From: Flavobacteriia bacterium
GTDB lineage: Bacteria > Bacteroidota > Bacteroidia > Flavobacteriales_D > Crocinitomicaceae
Reading direction: 5' to 3'
Length of the DNA stretch: 64,000 nt
Assembly: GCA_947455515.1 (NCBI GenBank)
Contig: CANGOF010000001.1
Location: 5,049 to 69,048, forward strand
The position numbers and the translations under genes were made by a program. Numbering within the stretch: position 1 is the stretch's first letter; each line of letters starts with the position of its first letter. Of the stretch, positions 10,849 through 20,364 are shown piece by piece. The notes under the pieces are model-generated. The model was not told the DNA's origin, made no database searches, and was given only the letters and a program-made list of their open reading frames with translations.

Positions 10849-12201
10849 ATGCTTATGAAACTTACTTTTCTCCTACTTCTTATTTCCACTATTACATTTG
10901 CACAGCAACAAAAACCCATCGTTTTAGATAAAATTGTTGCTCAAATAGGAGAAAACATTATTTTACAATCTGACATTGAATCACAAAAATCGCAAATGAC
11001 TGATTCTATTCGATTGAATTCATTCTCTACCAATTGCGAGTTACTTGAAAATCTGATGAAGCAGAACTTGTTTTTAAATCAAGCAGAATTAGATAGTATT
11101 AAAATTACGGATGCTCATGTAGATGGAGAGATGGAAAATCGCATCCGTGTAATTGAACAACAAATTGGTGGAAGACAAAAAATGGAGGAGTTTTATAATA
11201 AAACTGTCACTCAAATTAAAAATGAATTTAGACCTCTAATTAAAAACAGATTGTTAACTGAAGAAATGCAAAGACAAATAACATCAACTGCAACAATTAC
11301 TCCAAAAGAAATAGAACTTTTTTACAAAAATTTACCGCCAGATAGTATACCTTTCATAAATGCTAAAATTAGCATTCAACAAATTGTAATTTTTCCAAAA
11401 ATAACACAAGACGATCGACAAATAACTATCAATAAGCTTAAAGATATTCGAGAAGATATACTTAAAGGAAAAAGTTTTGAAACTCAAGCTAGAATTCATT
11501 CTCAAGATCCAGGTAGTGCTGCACAAGGTGGTCAAATGACAGCTTCAAGAGGAATGATGGTTCCTCCTTTCGAAGCTTCAGTTTTTGGCTTGAAAGAAGG
11601 TGAAATTAGTAATGTTTTTGAAACCGATTATGGTTATCATATTGTTCAATTAATAGAAAGAAAAGGCGATGATTATACTTGTCGACATATACTATTAATC
11701 CCAGAATTTAATCGACAAAGTTTAAGTGATGCAAGTACTAAAATGGAAGAGTGTTATTCAAAATTAAAACAAAATCAAATCACTTGGGAGCAAGCAGTTT
11801 TAATGTACTCTAATGACAATAATACCAAACATAATAAAGGAATTATTACCAATCCTATGACTGGAGAACAAGGTTGGAGTATGGAAGATTTAAATCAAAT
11901 TGATCAACAAATTTTTCTTTTAACTAATGCTTTAAATGCAGGAGATTTAACTAAACCATCCTTATATTTTGATTTTAATGAAAAAAAGCAAGGAATTAGA
12001 ATTGTTCGTTTAATGGATAGAGTTGGTCCTCACAAAGCCAATTTAGAGCAAGACTACACCTTAATTCAACGTGCTACTGAAAGTGATAAAAAGGAAAAAA
12101 TATTATCCAATTGGATTAAATCAAAAATAGGTAACGCTTATATTCGAATTGATAACGAATATGAAAATTGCAATTTTAAATATTCTTGGAAAAATAATTA
12201 A
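10849..12201 (+). CDS. SurA-like periplasmic chaperone/peptidyl-prolyl isomerase
   Basis: Signal peptide, SurA N-terminal-like region (LDKIVAQIGENIILQSD) and a parvulin domain (ARIHSQDPGSAAQGG...YGYHIVQL). Confidence 0.8.
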   Translation: MLMKLTFLLLLISTITFAQQQKPIVLDKIVAQIGENIILQSDIESQKSQMTDSIRLNSFSTNCELLENLMKQNLFLNQAELDSIKITDAHVDGEMENRIRVIEQQIGGRQKMEEFYNKTVTQIKNEFRPLIKNRLLTEEMQRQITSTATITPKEIELFYKNLPPDSIPFINAKISIQQIVIFPKITQDDRQITINKLKDIREDILKGKSFETQARIHSQDPGSAAQGGQMTASRGMMVPPFEASVFGLKEGEISNVFETDYGYHIVQLIERKGDDYTCRHILLIPEFNRQSLSDASTKMEECYSKLKQNQITWEQAVLMYSNDNNTKHNKGIITNPMTGEQGWSMEDLNQIDQQIFLLTNALNAGDLTKPSLYFDFNEKKQGIRIVRLMDRVGPHKANLEQDYTLIQRATESDKKEKILSNWIKSKIGNAYIRIDNEYENCNFKYSWKNN

Positions 12202-12208
12202 AAATATA

Positions 12209-13162
12209 ATGGGAGAAGTTGAATTAGCGAATCGTTTAGTAGAAGACTATCATCGATTAAAAAACGAAATCCATAAAATCATCGTTGGTCAAGATGATGT
12301 TGTTGATCAAGTTTTAATATCTATTTTCTCTAGAAGTCATGCTTTACTAATTGGAGTACCTGGATTAGCTAAAACTCTTCTGGTAAATACGATTGCTCAA
12401 TCGCTCGGCTTAGATTTTAACCGAATACAATTCACGCCTGACTTAATGCCTTCAGATATAATCGGTTCAGAAATATTAGATGAAAATAAAAGTTTTAAAT
12501 TCATAAAAGGACCATTATTTAGTAACATTATTTTGGCAGATGAGATAAATAGAACACCCCCAAAAACACAGGCTGCTCTATTAGAATCGATGCAAGAAAA
12601 ATCAGTTACTGCCGCTGGATTTACGCATTCATTACCCAACCCTTTTTTTGTTTTAGCAACACAAAACCCAATTGAACAAGAAGGCACATATCCATTGCCA
12701 GAAGCACAGTTAGATCGATTTATGTTTAATATTTGGGTGGATTATCCAAGTTATACAGAAGAATTAGCCATAGTACGTTCTACTACTGAGGATAAAGAAA
12801 CTAAAATAAATCAGATTCTAAACGAAGAGCAAATCATCGCCTACCAAAATTTAATTCGTAAAATACCTGTCCCAGACAATGTTCTTGAATATGCAGTTCA
12901 ATTAGTTTCCAAAACAAGAAAAGACAATTCATTTGCAACAAATATTTCAAAAGATTACATTTCATGGGGAGCTGGTCCACGCGCATCTCAATTCTTGATA
13001 ATCGGTGCAAAATGTCATGCAGTTTTAAAAGGAAGACTCTCCCCAGATATAGAAGATGTTAAGGCAGTAGCTAAACCAATATTGAGACATCGTTTGGTTA
13101 GAAATTATAGAGCTGAGGCAGAAGGATATACAATGGATAAAATAATTGAATCTTTATTGTAA
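12209..13162 (+). CDS. MoxR-family AAA+ ATPase
   Basis: Walker A LLIGVPGLAKT, Walker B ILADEINR, ATQNPIEQEGTYPLPEAQLDRF. The ATG at 12209 follows the upstream stop, so I prefer it to the overlapping track start at 12149. Confidence 0.9.
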   Translation: MGEVELANRLVEDYHRLKNEIHKIIVGQDDVVDQVLISIFSRSHALLIGVPGLAKTLLVNTIAQSLGLDFNRIQFTPDLMPSDIIGSEILDENKSFKFIKGPLFSNIILADEINRTPPKTQAALLESMQEKSVTAAGFTHSLPNPFFVLATQNPIEQEGTYPLPEAQLDRFMFNIWVDYPSYTEELAIVRSTTEDKETKINQILNEEQIIAYQNLIRKIPVPDNVLEYAVQLVSKTRKDNSFATNISKDYISWGAGPRASQFLIIGAKCHAVLKGRLSPDIEDVKAVAKPILRHRLVRNYRAEAEGYTMDKIIESLL

Positions 13163-13231
13163 ATTATTCCAATTAACAACTTTACTTTTATAAGTAATCA
13201 TAGATCATTCCTATTGAATTAGGCATTGCTT

Positions 13232-13239
13232 TACTTTTG
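13232..13239 (+). promoter_or_regulatory. Bacteroidetes-type -7 promoter box (TACTTTTG)
   Basis: Exact TAnnTTTG match lying inside the ORF-track N-terminal extension. It argues for the ATG at 13244 as the true start. Confidence 0.4.
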
Positions 13240-13243
13240 TACT

Positions 13244-14119
13244 ATGATTACGAAAGATACTCTTCACGCCTTAATTACACTACTCGATGATCCAGACAAG
13301 CAAATCGTGTCGCATATATCGAATAAAATAAAATCTATAGGAATAGAAGTTATTCCATTATTAGAATCTGCATGGGAAAATACTAAATTGACAACATCAC
13401 ATCAACAACGAATTGAACAAATTACCCATGAAATACAATTCGAACAAATAAAAAAAGAATTACTAACTTGGAAATCAACACAAGAATTAAATATCTTAGA
13501 TGCTTGGTTTATTATAAGTAAATGGCAATATCCTGGAATTAATAAAGAAAATTATCTGAATAAAATAGAAGAGATACGCAAAGCAATCTGGATTGAAATC
13601 AATGACCAACAAACCGCCTTTGAAAAGGTAAAAATTATTAATAAAATATTTTATCAAAATTATCATTTTAAAGGGGATACCAAAAATTACCACTCCCCGA
13701 TTAACTCCTATCTTAATACCGTTTTAGAGACGAAACATGGTAATCCATTAAGCTTAAGTATATTATACAGTTCGATTTCTCAATCCTTAAACATTCCTAT
13801 TTATGGTGTAAATTTACCTAACCACTTTATTTTGGCTTATATGGATGAACATATGGTCAATCAATTGTTAGGTAACACTACAAATTCTGGGGTCTTTTTT
13901 TATATTAATGCATTTTCAGATGGGAGTATTTTATATGAAAACGACATTCGAAAATTTTTAGCAGATTTAAAACTACCAGAAGAAAAAGGGTATTTTGAGC
14001 CATGTCAAAACACAATAATAATTCAGCGGATATTTATCAACTTAATCAGTTCATATCAAGCAATAGGAAAAGTGGATAAAGTAAATGAATTGTTAGAATT
14101 GAAGGAGATAATAACATAA
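13244..14119 (+). CDS. SirB1/YchA-like transglutaminase-fold family protein (UPF0162-type)
   Basis: HGNPLSLSILYSSISQSLNIPIYGVNLPNHFIL matches the conserved core of this family (rG.P..Lsily..va..l.lp..gvn.P.HF). Function unknown. Confidence 0.55.
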   Translation: MITKDTLHALITLLDDPDKQIVSHISNKIKSIGIEVIPLLESAWENTKLTTSHQQRIEQITHEIQFEQIKKELLTWKSTQELNILDAWFIISKWQYPGINKENYLNKIEEIRKAIWIEINDQQTAFEKVKIINKIFYQNYHFKGDTKNYHSPINSYLNTVLETKHGNPLSLSILYSSISQSLNIPIYGVNLPNHFILAYMDEHMVNQLLGNTTNSGVFFYINAFSDGSILYENDIRKFLADLKLPEEKGYFEPCQNTIIIQRIFINLISSYQAIGKVDKVNELLELKEIIT

Positions 14120-14148
14120 AAAAGGTCGTACCAATGTGATACGACCTT
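14118..14148 (-). terminator. Rho-independent terminator after purL (may also serve the convergent + gene)
   Basis: 9-bp stem aaggtcgta/tacgacctt (14122-14130 / 14140-14148). The A-run at 14118-14123 gives a U-tract on the minus strand. It lies between convergent genes. Confidence 0.6.
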
Positions 14149-14167
14149 CAAGTATTTAAAAGAAATT

Positions 14168-16405
14168 TTATTTTTCCAACTTCATTGCTAAAGCATTATC
14201 AAAGATATCTTTCGCTTCGTGACAGAATCCATAATGTTCATCATCAACAACAAATTTTCCTTTTGTAACATGTCCTAATAATGTGAAGTTTACACCTGTA
14301 GATAACATATATTCAATAAAGTCTTCTTCTTGATCTTCGGATAATGAAACTACAACTCTACCTTGAGACTCACCAAATAGGAAAGCATCCTCACGAATTT
14401 CAGAATCTGTGACAATATCAAATCCTAAACCTCTTGGGAAAGACATTTCAGAAAGAGTTACGAATAAACCACCATCTGAACAATCGTGAACAGCAGTTAC
14501 TAATGAATTTTTAATTAAACCTTTTATTGCTTGATGTAGTACATATTCTTTTTCAAGATCAAAATGTGGAGCTGGAGATGCTTGTATCTTATGGTATGAA
14601 GCCAAATACTCAGAAGAAGCAATATCTTCCACTGTTTCCCCTAAAATAAAAATCAAATCTCCTTTTTGTTTAAAATCTAAGGTCATTAATTTAGATTTAT
14701 CTTCTAAAACACCGATCATACCAATTGTTGGAGTAGGGAAAACAGGTACCTCTACCCCACCGATTACCGATTGATTATAGAAAGAAACATTACCACCAGT
14801 AACTGGAGTTGCGAATTTTAAACAAGCTGCAGACATCCCTTTAATTGCACCAACAAATTGCCAATAAGATTCAGGATTGTATGGATTACCAAAATTCAAA
14901 CAATTTGTAATAGCACTTGGTTCTCCACCTGCGCAAGTTATATTTCTTGCTGCTTCAGAAACAGCAATCATGGTTCCTACTTCAGGATCAGCATTTACAT
15001 AACGAGAATTACAATCCACCGTCATGGCTAAAGCTTTATTCGTACCTTTAATATTTACCACACCTGCATCTGAAGGCTGGTTAGTAACCATATTTTTTGT
15101 CCCAACCATAGAATCATATTGTTCATAAACCCAACGTTTAGAAGCAATATTTGGATGTTGTAATAAGAACATTGCTACTTCTTTTAAATCTTTTGGTTGT
15201 TCAACCTTAGTAATATCAAACTTTTTATATTCTTGGAAATAAGCAGGCTCTGAATATTCACGTTGATTTTGAGGAGCGCCACCACCTAAAACAAGTGATT
15301 CAGCAGGTACATCACCTACTATTTCGCCATGCATGTGGTATCTAACACGACCAGTATCTGTTACAACGCCAATTTCTTCAGCATGTAAATCCCATTTATC
15401 AAAAATTGATTTTACAACTTCATCTTCTCCTTTTTTAACTACAACAAGCATACGTTCTTGAGATTCCGATAATAAAATCTCATAAGGCAACATGTTTTCT
15501 TGTCTTGTTGGAACTTTATCCAAATAGATATCCATACCAACTCCACCTCCAGCACTCATCTCACAAGTGGAGCAAGTAATACCAGCAGCACCCATATCTT
15601 GCATTCCCACAATTGCATTCGTTTCTGCTAATTCCATAGTAGCTTCTAACAACAATTTTTCTTGGAATGGATCTCCAACTTGAACAGATGGTAAATCTGA
15701 AGCAGAATCCTCTGTAATATCTTTAGAAGCAAATGCAGCTCCAGCAATTCCATCTTTACCTGTTGCTGAGCCAACAATATAAACTGGATTTCCTGGACCT
15801 TTAGCTTTTGCTGAAATAACTTTTTTTGTATCTATCAATCCTGCTGAAAAAGCATTTACTAATGGATTCTGATTGTATGAACTATCAAAAAAGACTTCAC
15901 CACCAACAATTGGAATACCAAAAGAATTACCATAATCGCCAATTCCTTTCACAACACCTTTAACCAACCATTTTGTACGATCTGCTTCAATATCCCCAAA
16001 TCTTAAAGAATTCAATTGAGCAATTGGCCTAGCACCCATCGTAAATATATCTCGATTGATACCTCCAACACCAGTAGCAGCACCTTGATATGGCTCTAAT
16101 GCACTTGGATGATTATGAGACTCTATTTTAAAAACACATCCGATTCCATCACCTAAATCAACAAGACCTGCATTTTCTTCTCCTGCTTTCACTAACATGT
16201 GAGGACCGTCTTTTGGTAACTGTTTCAACCAAAAGATTGAATTTTTATAGGAACAATGTTCTGACCACATTACAGAATACACACTAGTTTCTGTGAAATT
16301 TGGTGTACGACCAAGTATCTCCTTAATCATTTCAAATTCATCCGCGCGTAAACCTAGTTCAATTGCTTGCTCTACTGTTGCTTCTTGATGTAAAGTACTT
16401 TCCAT
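14168..16405 (-). CDS. purL: Phosphoribosylformylglycinamidine synthase subunit PurL (FGAM synthase II)
   Basis: About 745 aa. Motifs [38 protein letters not shown] and the duplicated AIR-synthase-like fold. The start at 16405 (MESTLHQ) is supported by the -7 box at 16426-16433. Confidence 0.93.
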   Translation of the reverse strand: MESTLHQEATVEQAIELGLRADEFEMIKEILGRTPNFTETSVYSVMWSEHCSYKNSIFWLKQLPKDGPHMLVKAGEENAGLVDLGDGIGCVFKIESHNHPSALEPYQGAATGVGGINRDIFTMGARPIAQLNSLRFGDIEADRTKWLVKGVVKGIGDYGNSFGIPIVGGEVFFDSSYNQNPLVNAFSAGLIDTKKVISAKAKGPGNPVYIVGSATGKDGIAGAAFASKDITEDSASDLPSVQVGDPFQEKLLLEATMELAETNAIVGMQDMGAAGITCSTCEMSAGGGVGMDIYLDKVPTRQENMLPYEILLSESQERMLVVVKKGEDEVVKSIFDKWDLHAEEIGVVTDTGRVRYHMHGEIVGDVPAESLVLGGGAPQNQREYSEPAYFQEYKKFDITKVEQPKDLKEVAMFLLQHPNIASKRWVYEQYDSMVGTKNMVTNQPSDAGVVNIKGTNKALAMTVDCNSRYVNADPEVGTMIAVSEAARNITCAGGEPSAITNCLNFGNPYNPESYWQFVGAIKGMSAACLKFATPVTGGNVSFYNQSVIGGVEVPVFPTPTIGMIGVLEDKSKLMTLDFKQKGDLIFILGETVEDIASSEYLASYHKIQASPAPHFDLEKEYVLHQAIKGLIKNSLVTAVHDCSDGGLFVTLSEMSFPRGLGFDIVTDSEIREDAFLFGESQGRVVVSLSEDQEEDFIEYMLSTGVNFTLLGHVTKGKFVVDDEHYGFCHEAKDIFDNALAMKLEK

Positions 16406-16425
16406 GCTTTTGTTTTTAAGAGTAA

Positions 16426-16433
16426 CAAAAATA
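16426..16433 (-). promoter_or_regulatory. Bacteroidetes-type -7 promoter box (TATTTTTG) for purL
   Basis: Exact TAnnTTTG match on the minus strand, 21 nt upstream of the ATG at 16405 and inside the ORF-track N-terminal extension. Confidence 0.4.
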
Positions 16434-16461
16434 AACATATCCAATGGTTCAAAAACCATGA

Positions 16462-17955
16462 TTGAAGAAAAATATACACAGAGTTATCAAAAATGAAAGT
16501 AATAAAAAGTTCTTCCTAACTTTGAAAGAAAAATTATACTTGGAATATCTAATCTATTGCTTGTTTTTTATTGTATCTACGTACATAGTAGAAAATAATA
16601 AATTTTTTCAAATTGATGAAATTTCGAAAATATACGTACGATTTGCTTTTGTTTCAAAAATCGTCGCTGGATTATTATTGTGGTTCATATATACTTACTA
16701 TTATTCAAATACTAAAATTAGCGATATTTATAAGTATTTTGAGGATGGCAATACTATGGCTACTATCTTAAAAAATGACATCTCTGATTTCATTAAAATA
16801 ATTACTGGAAAACTACCTACTAACGGAATTAATAAAACACTTTATCAAGATTTAAAATTTTGGACTAAACCGAACTCGTATGGGATATATAATGACAATC
16901 AAACCATAATACTGTTCAATTGCATTTTATCTATACTTTCTAATAACAATTTAATAACCTCTTTGTTGATTATAAGCTTTCTTTCATTCACAGCAAGTAT
17001 TGCTTTATACAAAGTGTTATCTCCTTATTTAACCTTGAAGAAAACATACTTTTCTATTTTGTTTTTAACACCTTCAATTGCATTATGGACATCTGGATTA
17101 CTTAAAGAATCTATTATATTTATTTCCGTTGTTGGATGCGTATACCATGGTATTAAAGTATTAGAGAAATTAGAAATAAAAAGAGTTGTATTTTTTATAT
17201 CGTCTTGTTTTTTATTGCTTATTTCAAAAACTTACTTACTTGGATTTTTATTACCAACAATTATTTGTACAATTCTGATTTCTTTTCTAAAAACATCAAA
17301 AATTAGAACTTTGTTCTATTGCATTTACGTTGTCTTTATTCTCTTTTTCATAAGCTGGAGTTTAACCCATAACCCCGTATCTTATGATTATAAAAACAAA
17401 ACAGAAAGTGAAAAGAAAAAAGAATATGATAGAGTTAATCATATTTCTTACACCCAAAATGTGCTTGGAAATAATTACAACATACTTGAAATGCTCCGTT
17501 TCAAACAAGCAGATTACAAACATGAGGCTAAAATTGAAAAAGCAAAAAGTTTAATCTGGACAAAAAAAATGGATGGTAGAATGATAAATCTGATAGCGTG
17601 TATTCCTTTTGGATTAAGTAATGGATTTGCAAGACCTCATATTTTTGAAATTAATTCGTTTATGATAAGTATTCCGGCAATAGAAAACTTTATTATTATT
17701 TTGTTATTTGTTTTTAGTATTTTTTTTAGTTCCAAGTTAGATCCGAAAAAACAATTAATTGTTTATGGTTTCGGAACTTTCATCACCCTTACCTACCTGT
17801 TTTTAGGTCTCTTAGTCCCCGTACTTGGAAATTTAGTCAGGTACAAAGCACCTCTTTTACCATTACTTTATTTTTGTATATTAATTCAAATTGATAATAA
17901 AAAACTTAAACATTTTTGGCGCAAAATCAAAAGGAATAAGAATGCGTATCTTTAA
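16462..17955 (+). CDS. Polytopic membrane protein, paralog A (possible GT-C-fold glycosyltransferase)
   Basis: More than 10 hydrophobic helices. Shares [39 protein letters not shown] and [16 protein letters not shown] blocks with the next gene. The track start is TTG and no in-frame ATG is nearby. Confidence 0.6.
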   Translation: MKKNIHRVIKNESNKKFFLTLKEKLYLEYLIYCLFFIVSTYIVENNKFFQIDEISKIYVRFAFVSKIVAGLLLWFIYTYYYSNTKISDIYKYFEDGNTMATILKNDISDFIKIITGKLPTNGINKTLYQDLKFWTKPNSYGIYNDNQTIILFNCILSILSNNNLITSLLIISFLSFTASIALYKVLSPYLTLKKTYFSILFLTPSIALWTSGLLKESIIFISVVGCVYHGIKVLEKLEIKRVVFFISSCFLLLISKTYLLGFLLPTIICTILISFLKTSKIRTLFYCIYVVFILFFISWSLTHNPVSYDYKNKTESEKKKEYDRVNHISYTQNVLGNNYNILEMLRFKQADYKHEAKIEKAKSLIWTKKMDGRMINLIACIPFGLSNGFARPHIFEINSFMISIPAIENFIIILLFVFSIFFSSKLDPKKQLIVYGFGTFITLTYLFLGLLVPVLGNLVRYKAPLLPLLYFCILIQIDNKKLKHFWRKIKRNKNAYL

Positions 17956-17975
17956 TCAAAAAAAGTAATTTCATT

Positions 17976-19292
17976 TTGGAAATAATAGTTGTTTTATTTT
18001 ACTTTCTTATTAGCATCTTTCTCTTAAAAAAATGGAGTTTTTTTAAAAATTCAGGCATTTCATTTCAAACGCTAAGCTTACTTTTTTCCTTAAAATTTAT
18101 TATAGGTATATCCTTATTTTATGTCTATACCTACTACTATACTGAAAGAAAAACTGCTGATATTTTTAAATATTTTGATGATGCCAGATATTTATATGAA
18201 CATGTGTATAAAATTGCACCTATTAGATTTTGGAAAATAATATTCGGATTTCAAAATAAATCTACTGAAATACATCAATACCTAATCGAAACACATTATT
18301 GGTTTAAACCACACGCGACAAATGTTTTTAATGACAACAGAACAGTTATTCGATTTAATGCCGTAATCTATTTGTTTTCTTTTGGCTTTTATCATGTACA
18401 CACCTTAGTTCTTTCAATGCTTTCATTTATAGGACTTACATGTATTTATCGCTCTTTCTTAAGGGAGTTTGAATCAAAAAGAAAGGAATTGATTGTAGCT
18501 TGTTTTCTTATTCCTTCTGTATTATTTTGGGGTTCAGGGATTCTAAAAGAAAGCATCTTACTTTTTGGAATTGGTGTTCTATTTTATTCTTTCACAAAAA
18601 TCTTATACATTAAAAAAAACACCATATATTTCATAATAGCATTTTTAAGTTTAGGACTTTTAGCAATTACAAAAACATATGTATTAATAGTTATTGTCCC
18701 AAGTATGATAGCCTGGATTATTATTCAAAAGTTTAATATTAAAAAAATAGGACGAACATTTTTTTATATAAATATTGGCTTGATAATTTGTGCTTTTAAC
18801 TTAAAATATGTACACCCAAGTTTAGATGTGAGGGGAAATCTAAAATACAAACAACGTGACTTTATAAATGTAGCTCGAGACACAAAAGCTGGAAGTACAA
18901 TTTCATTAGGAAAATTAGACGATAGCGCATATTCTTATATTAAAAACATTCCCAACTCACTAATAAACGGATTATTTAGACCTACCATTTTTGAAGCCAA
19001 GAATCTATTTTCCTTTTCGTCGGCAGTTGAAAACCTTTTTATTATAATATTACTTATTCTACTATTGATTTTCTTTAAGAAACCTATCGAATCCCAACTA
19101 CCCTATATTTATTTTTCAATTTATTTTTCAATCCTACTATCCATATTAATCGGATTGACTGTACCTGTCCTTGGAGCAGTCGTAAGATACAAAGTGCCTT
19201 TTATACCATTTATAATTAGCGCCTTACTGATTTGTATAGATTTCAACAAAATGAAAACTTTCTTTTATAAACTAAAAAATGAAAATAATTAA
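17976..19292 (+). CDS. Polytopic membrane protein, paralog B (possible GT-C-fold glycosyltransferase)
   Basis: Blocks colinear with paralog A: ADIFKYFDDA, WFKPHATNVFNDNRTVIRFN, GILKESILLF, VPVLGAVVRYKVPFIP. TTG start in the track. Confidence 0.6.
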   Translation: MEIIVVLFYFLISIFLLKKWSFFKNSGISFQTLSLLFSLKFIIGISLFYVYTYYYTERKTADIFKYFDDARYLYEHVYKIAPIRFWKIIFGFQNKSTEIHQYLIETHYWFKPHATNVFNDNRTVIRFNAVIYLFSFGFYHVHTLVLSMLSFIGLTCIYRSFLREFESKRKELIVACFLIPSVLFWGSGILKESILLFGIGVLFYSFTKILYIKKNTIYFIIAFLSLGLLAITKTYVLIVIVPSMIAWIIIQKFNIKKIGRTFFYINIGLIICAFNLKYVHPSLDVRGNLKYKQRDFINVARDTKAGSTISLGKLDDSAYSYIKNIPNSLINGLFRPTIFEAKNLFSFSSAVENLFIIILLILLLIFFKKPIESQLPYIYFSIYFSILLSILIGLTVPVLGAVVRYKVPFIPFIISALLICIDFNKMKTFFYKLKNENN

Positions 19293-20310
19293 AATTCTCT
19301 TTATTGCGCTACTTTTATCTAATTGTATGAAAGGGAAAAAAGTTGACAAGATTTTTCACAACGCAAATATTATCACATTATCAGACAATAATAAATTTGG
19401 GGAAGCTATAGCTATCAAAAATGGAAAAATCAAAGAAATTGGTCCAGAACGACAAATATTAAACAAGTATAGAGCAGACGAAACAATCGATGTAGGCGGA
19501 AAAGAAATTTTACCCACATTTACAGATTGTGCAGCTCATTTAGATAGTTCACTCAATAACAACTATTTAAGTAAGTTTGAACTTAATTATTTACAACAAG
19601 GTATCACAAAAATACATGTTCATAATATCAATTACTCACAGTTATTAAAATTAGACAAATTCAAAAACAAAATGGAACTTGAATGGTATATTAATGTTGA
19701 GCCATCCAAAGAAAATATCGAATTCATTCGAAAAAACAAACAACAATTAAACTCTAATTTTCACATTCAAGGTTTCACCATTACAAATCAAAACCTATTT
19801 CAAATCAATGAAATAGTGGTGATTTCAAAAAACAAACACCTACAGATCGGAATTGATTTAAATTTAGCACAACAAAATATTAGTAGTATCTTAAAACTCT
19901 TACAAGATTACAATCAAGATCATCGATGGTTTGTATTTAACCTTTCTAAGATTAACAAATCTACATTTGAACAAATACAAAAGCAAAATCTGTTTTTTTG
20001 TCATAAAGAAGGTGAAACAAAATTGAACTCTATGTATTGTTTTGGATCTAATATTGACAATTTCAGTATCTATAAACAATTAAAAACATTTGTAACAAAA
20101 AACAATTTAGAATACATAAAATCATTAAAATCAATTTCAAATTGGGCTTCCTATCTTTCATTTTCCGAAAATATAAATGGTAGTTTATCCAAAGGAAAAG
20201 ATGCAAATTTTACAATTCTAGAAACCCCTATCAGTACCAATCCAACTTTAGAAAACATCTATTCAAACTCAACTTACATAAAAGGTAAGAAAATTTATAG
20301 TATGGAATAA
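19279..20310 (+). CDS. Shortened amidohydrolase-like lipoprotein (Amidohydro_3/YtcJ-like ends, metal-binding HxH motif absent)
   Basis: Lipobox-like LLLSNC. The N-terminus IFHNANIITL....GEAIAIKNGKIKEIG......ETIDVGGKEILPTFTDCAAHL parallels the family N-terminus. The C-terminus GSLSKGKDANFTILE parallels the family C-terminus. Only 343 aa. Confidence 0.5.
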   Translation: MKIIKILFIALLLSNCMKGKKVDKIFHNANIITLSDNNKFGEAIAIKNGKIKEIGPERQILNKYRADETIDVGGKEILPTFTDCAAHLDSSLNNNYLSKFELNYLQQGITKIHVHNINYSQLLKLDKFKNKMELEWYINVEPSKENIEFIRKNKQQLNSNFHIQGFTITNQNLFQINEIVVISKNKHLQIGIDLNLAQQNISSILKLLQDYNQDHRWFVFNLSKINKSTFEQIQKQNLFFCHKEGETKLNSMYCFGSNIDNFSIYKQLKTFVTKNNLEYIKSLKSISNWASYLSFSENINGSLSKGKDANFTILETPISTNPTLENIYSNSTYIKGKKIYSME

Positions 20311-20364
20311 CTAAATTCTATCAATATTTTATTTATATTTAGTTCGTTACATGACAAATAAACT

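Noticed and set aside
12149-12208. Upstream extension of the MoxR ORF overlapping the SurA-like gene by 53 nt. The same reasoning applies to the extensions at 13226, 16459, 22115, 26504 and 7321.
   Set aside because: In each case an internal ATG lies just past the upstream stop or just downstream of a TAnnTTTG box. That start gives an N-terminus matching the family or a proper signal peptide.
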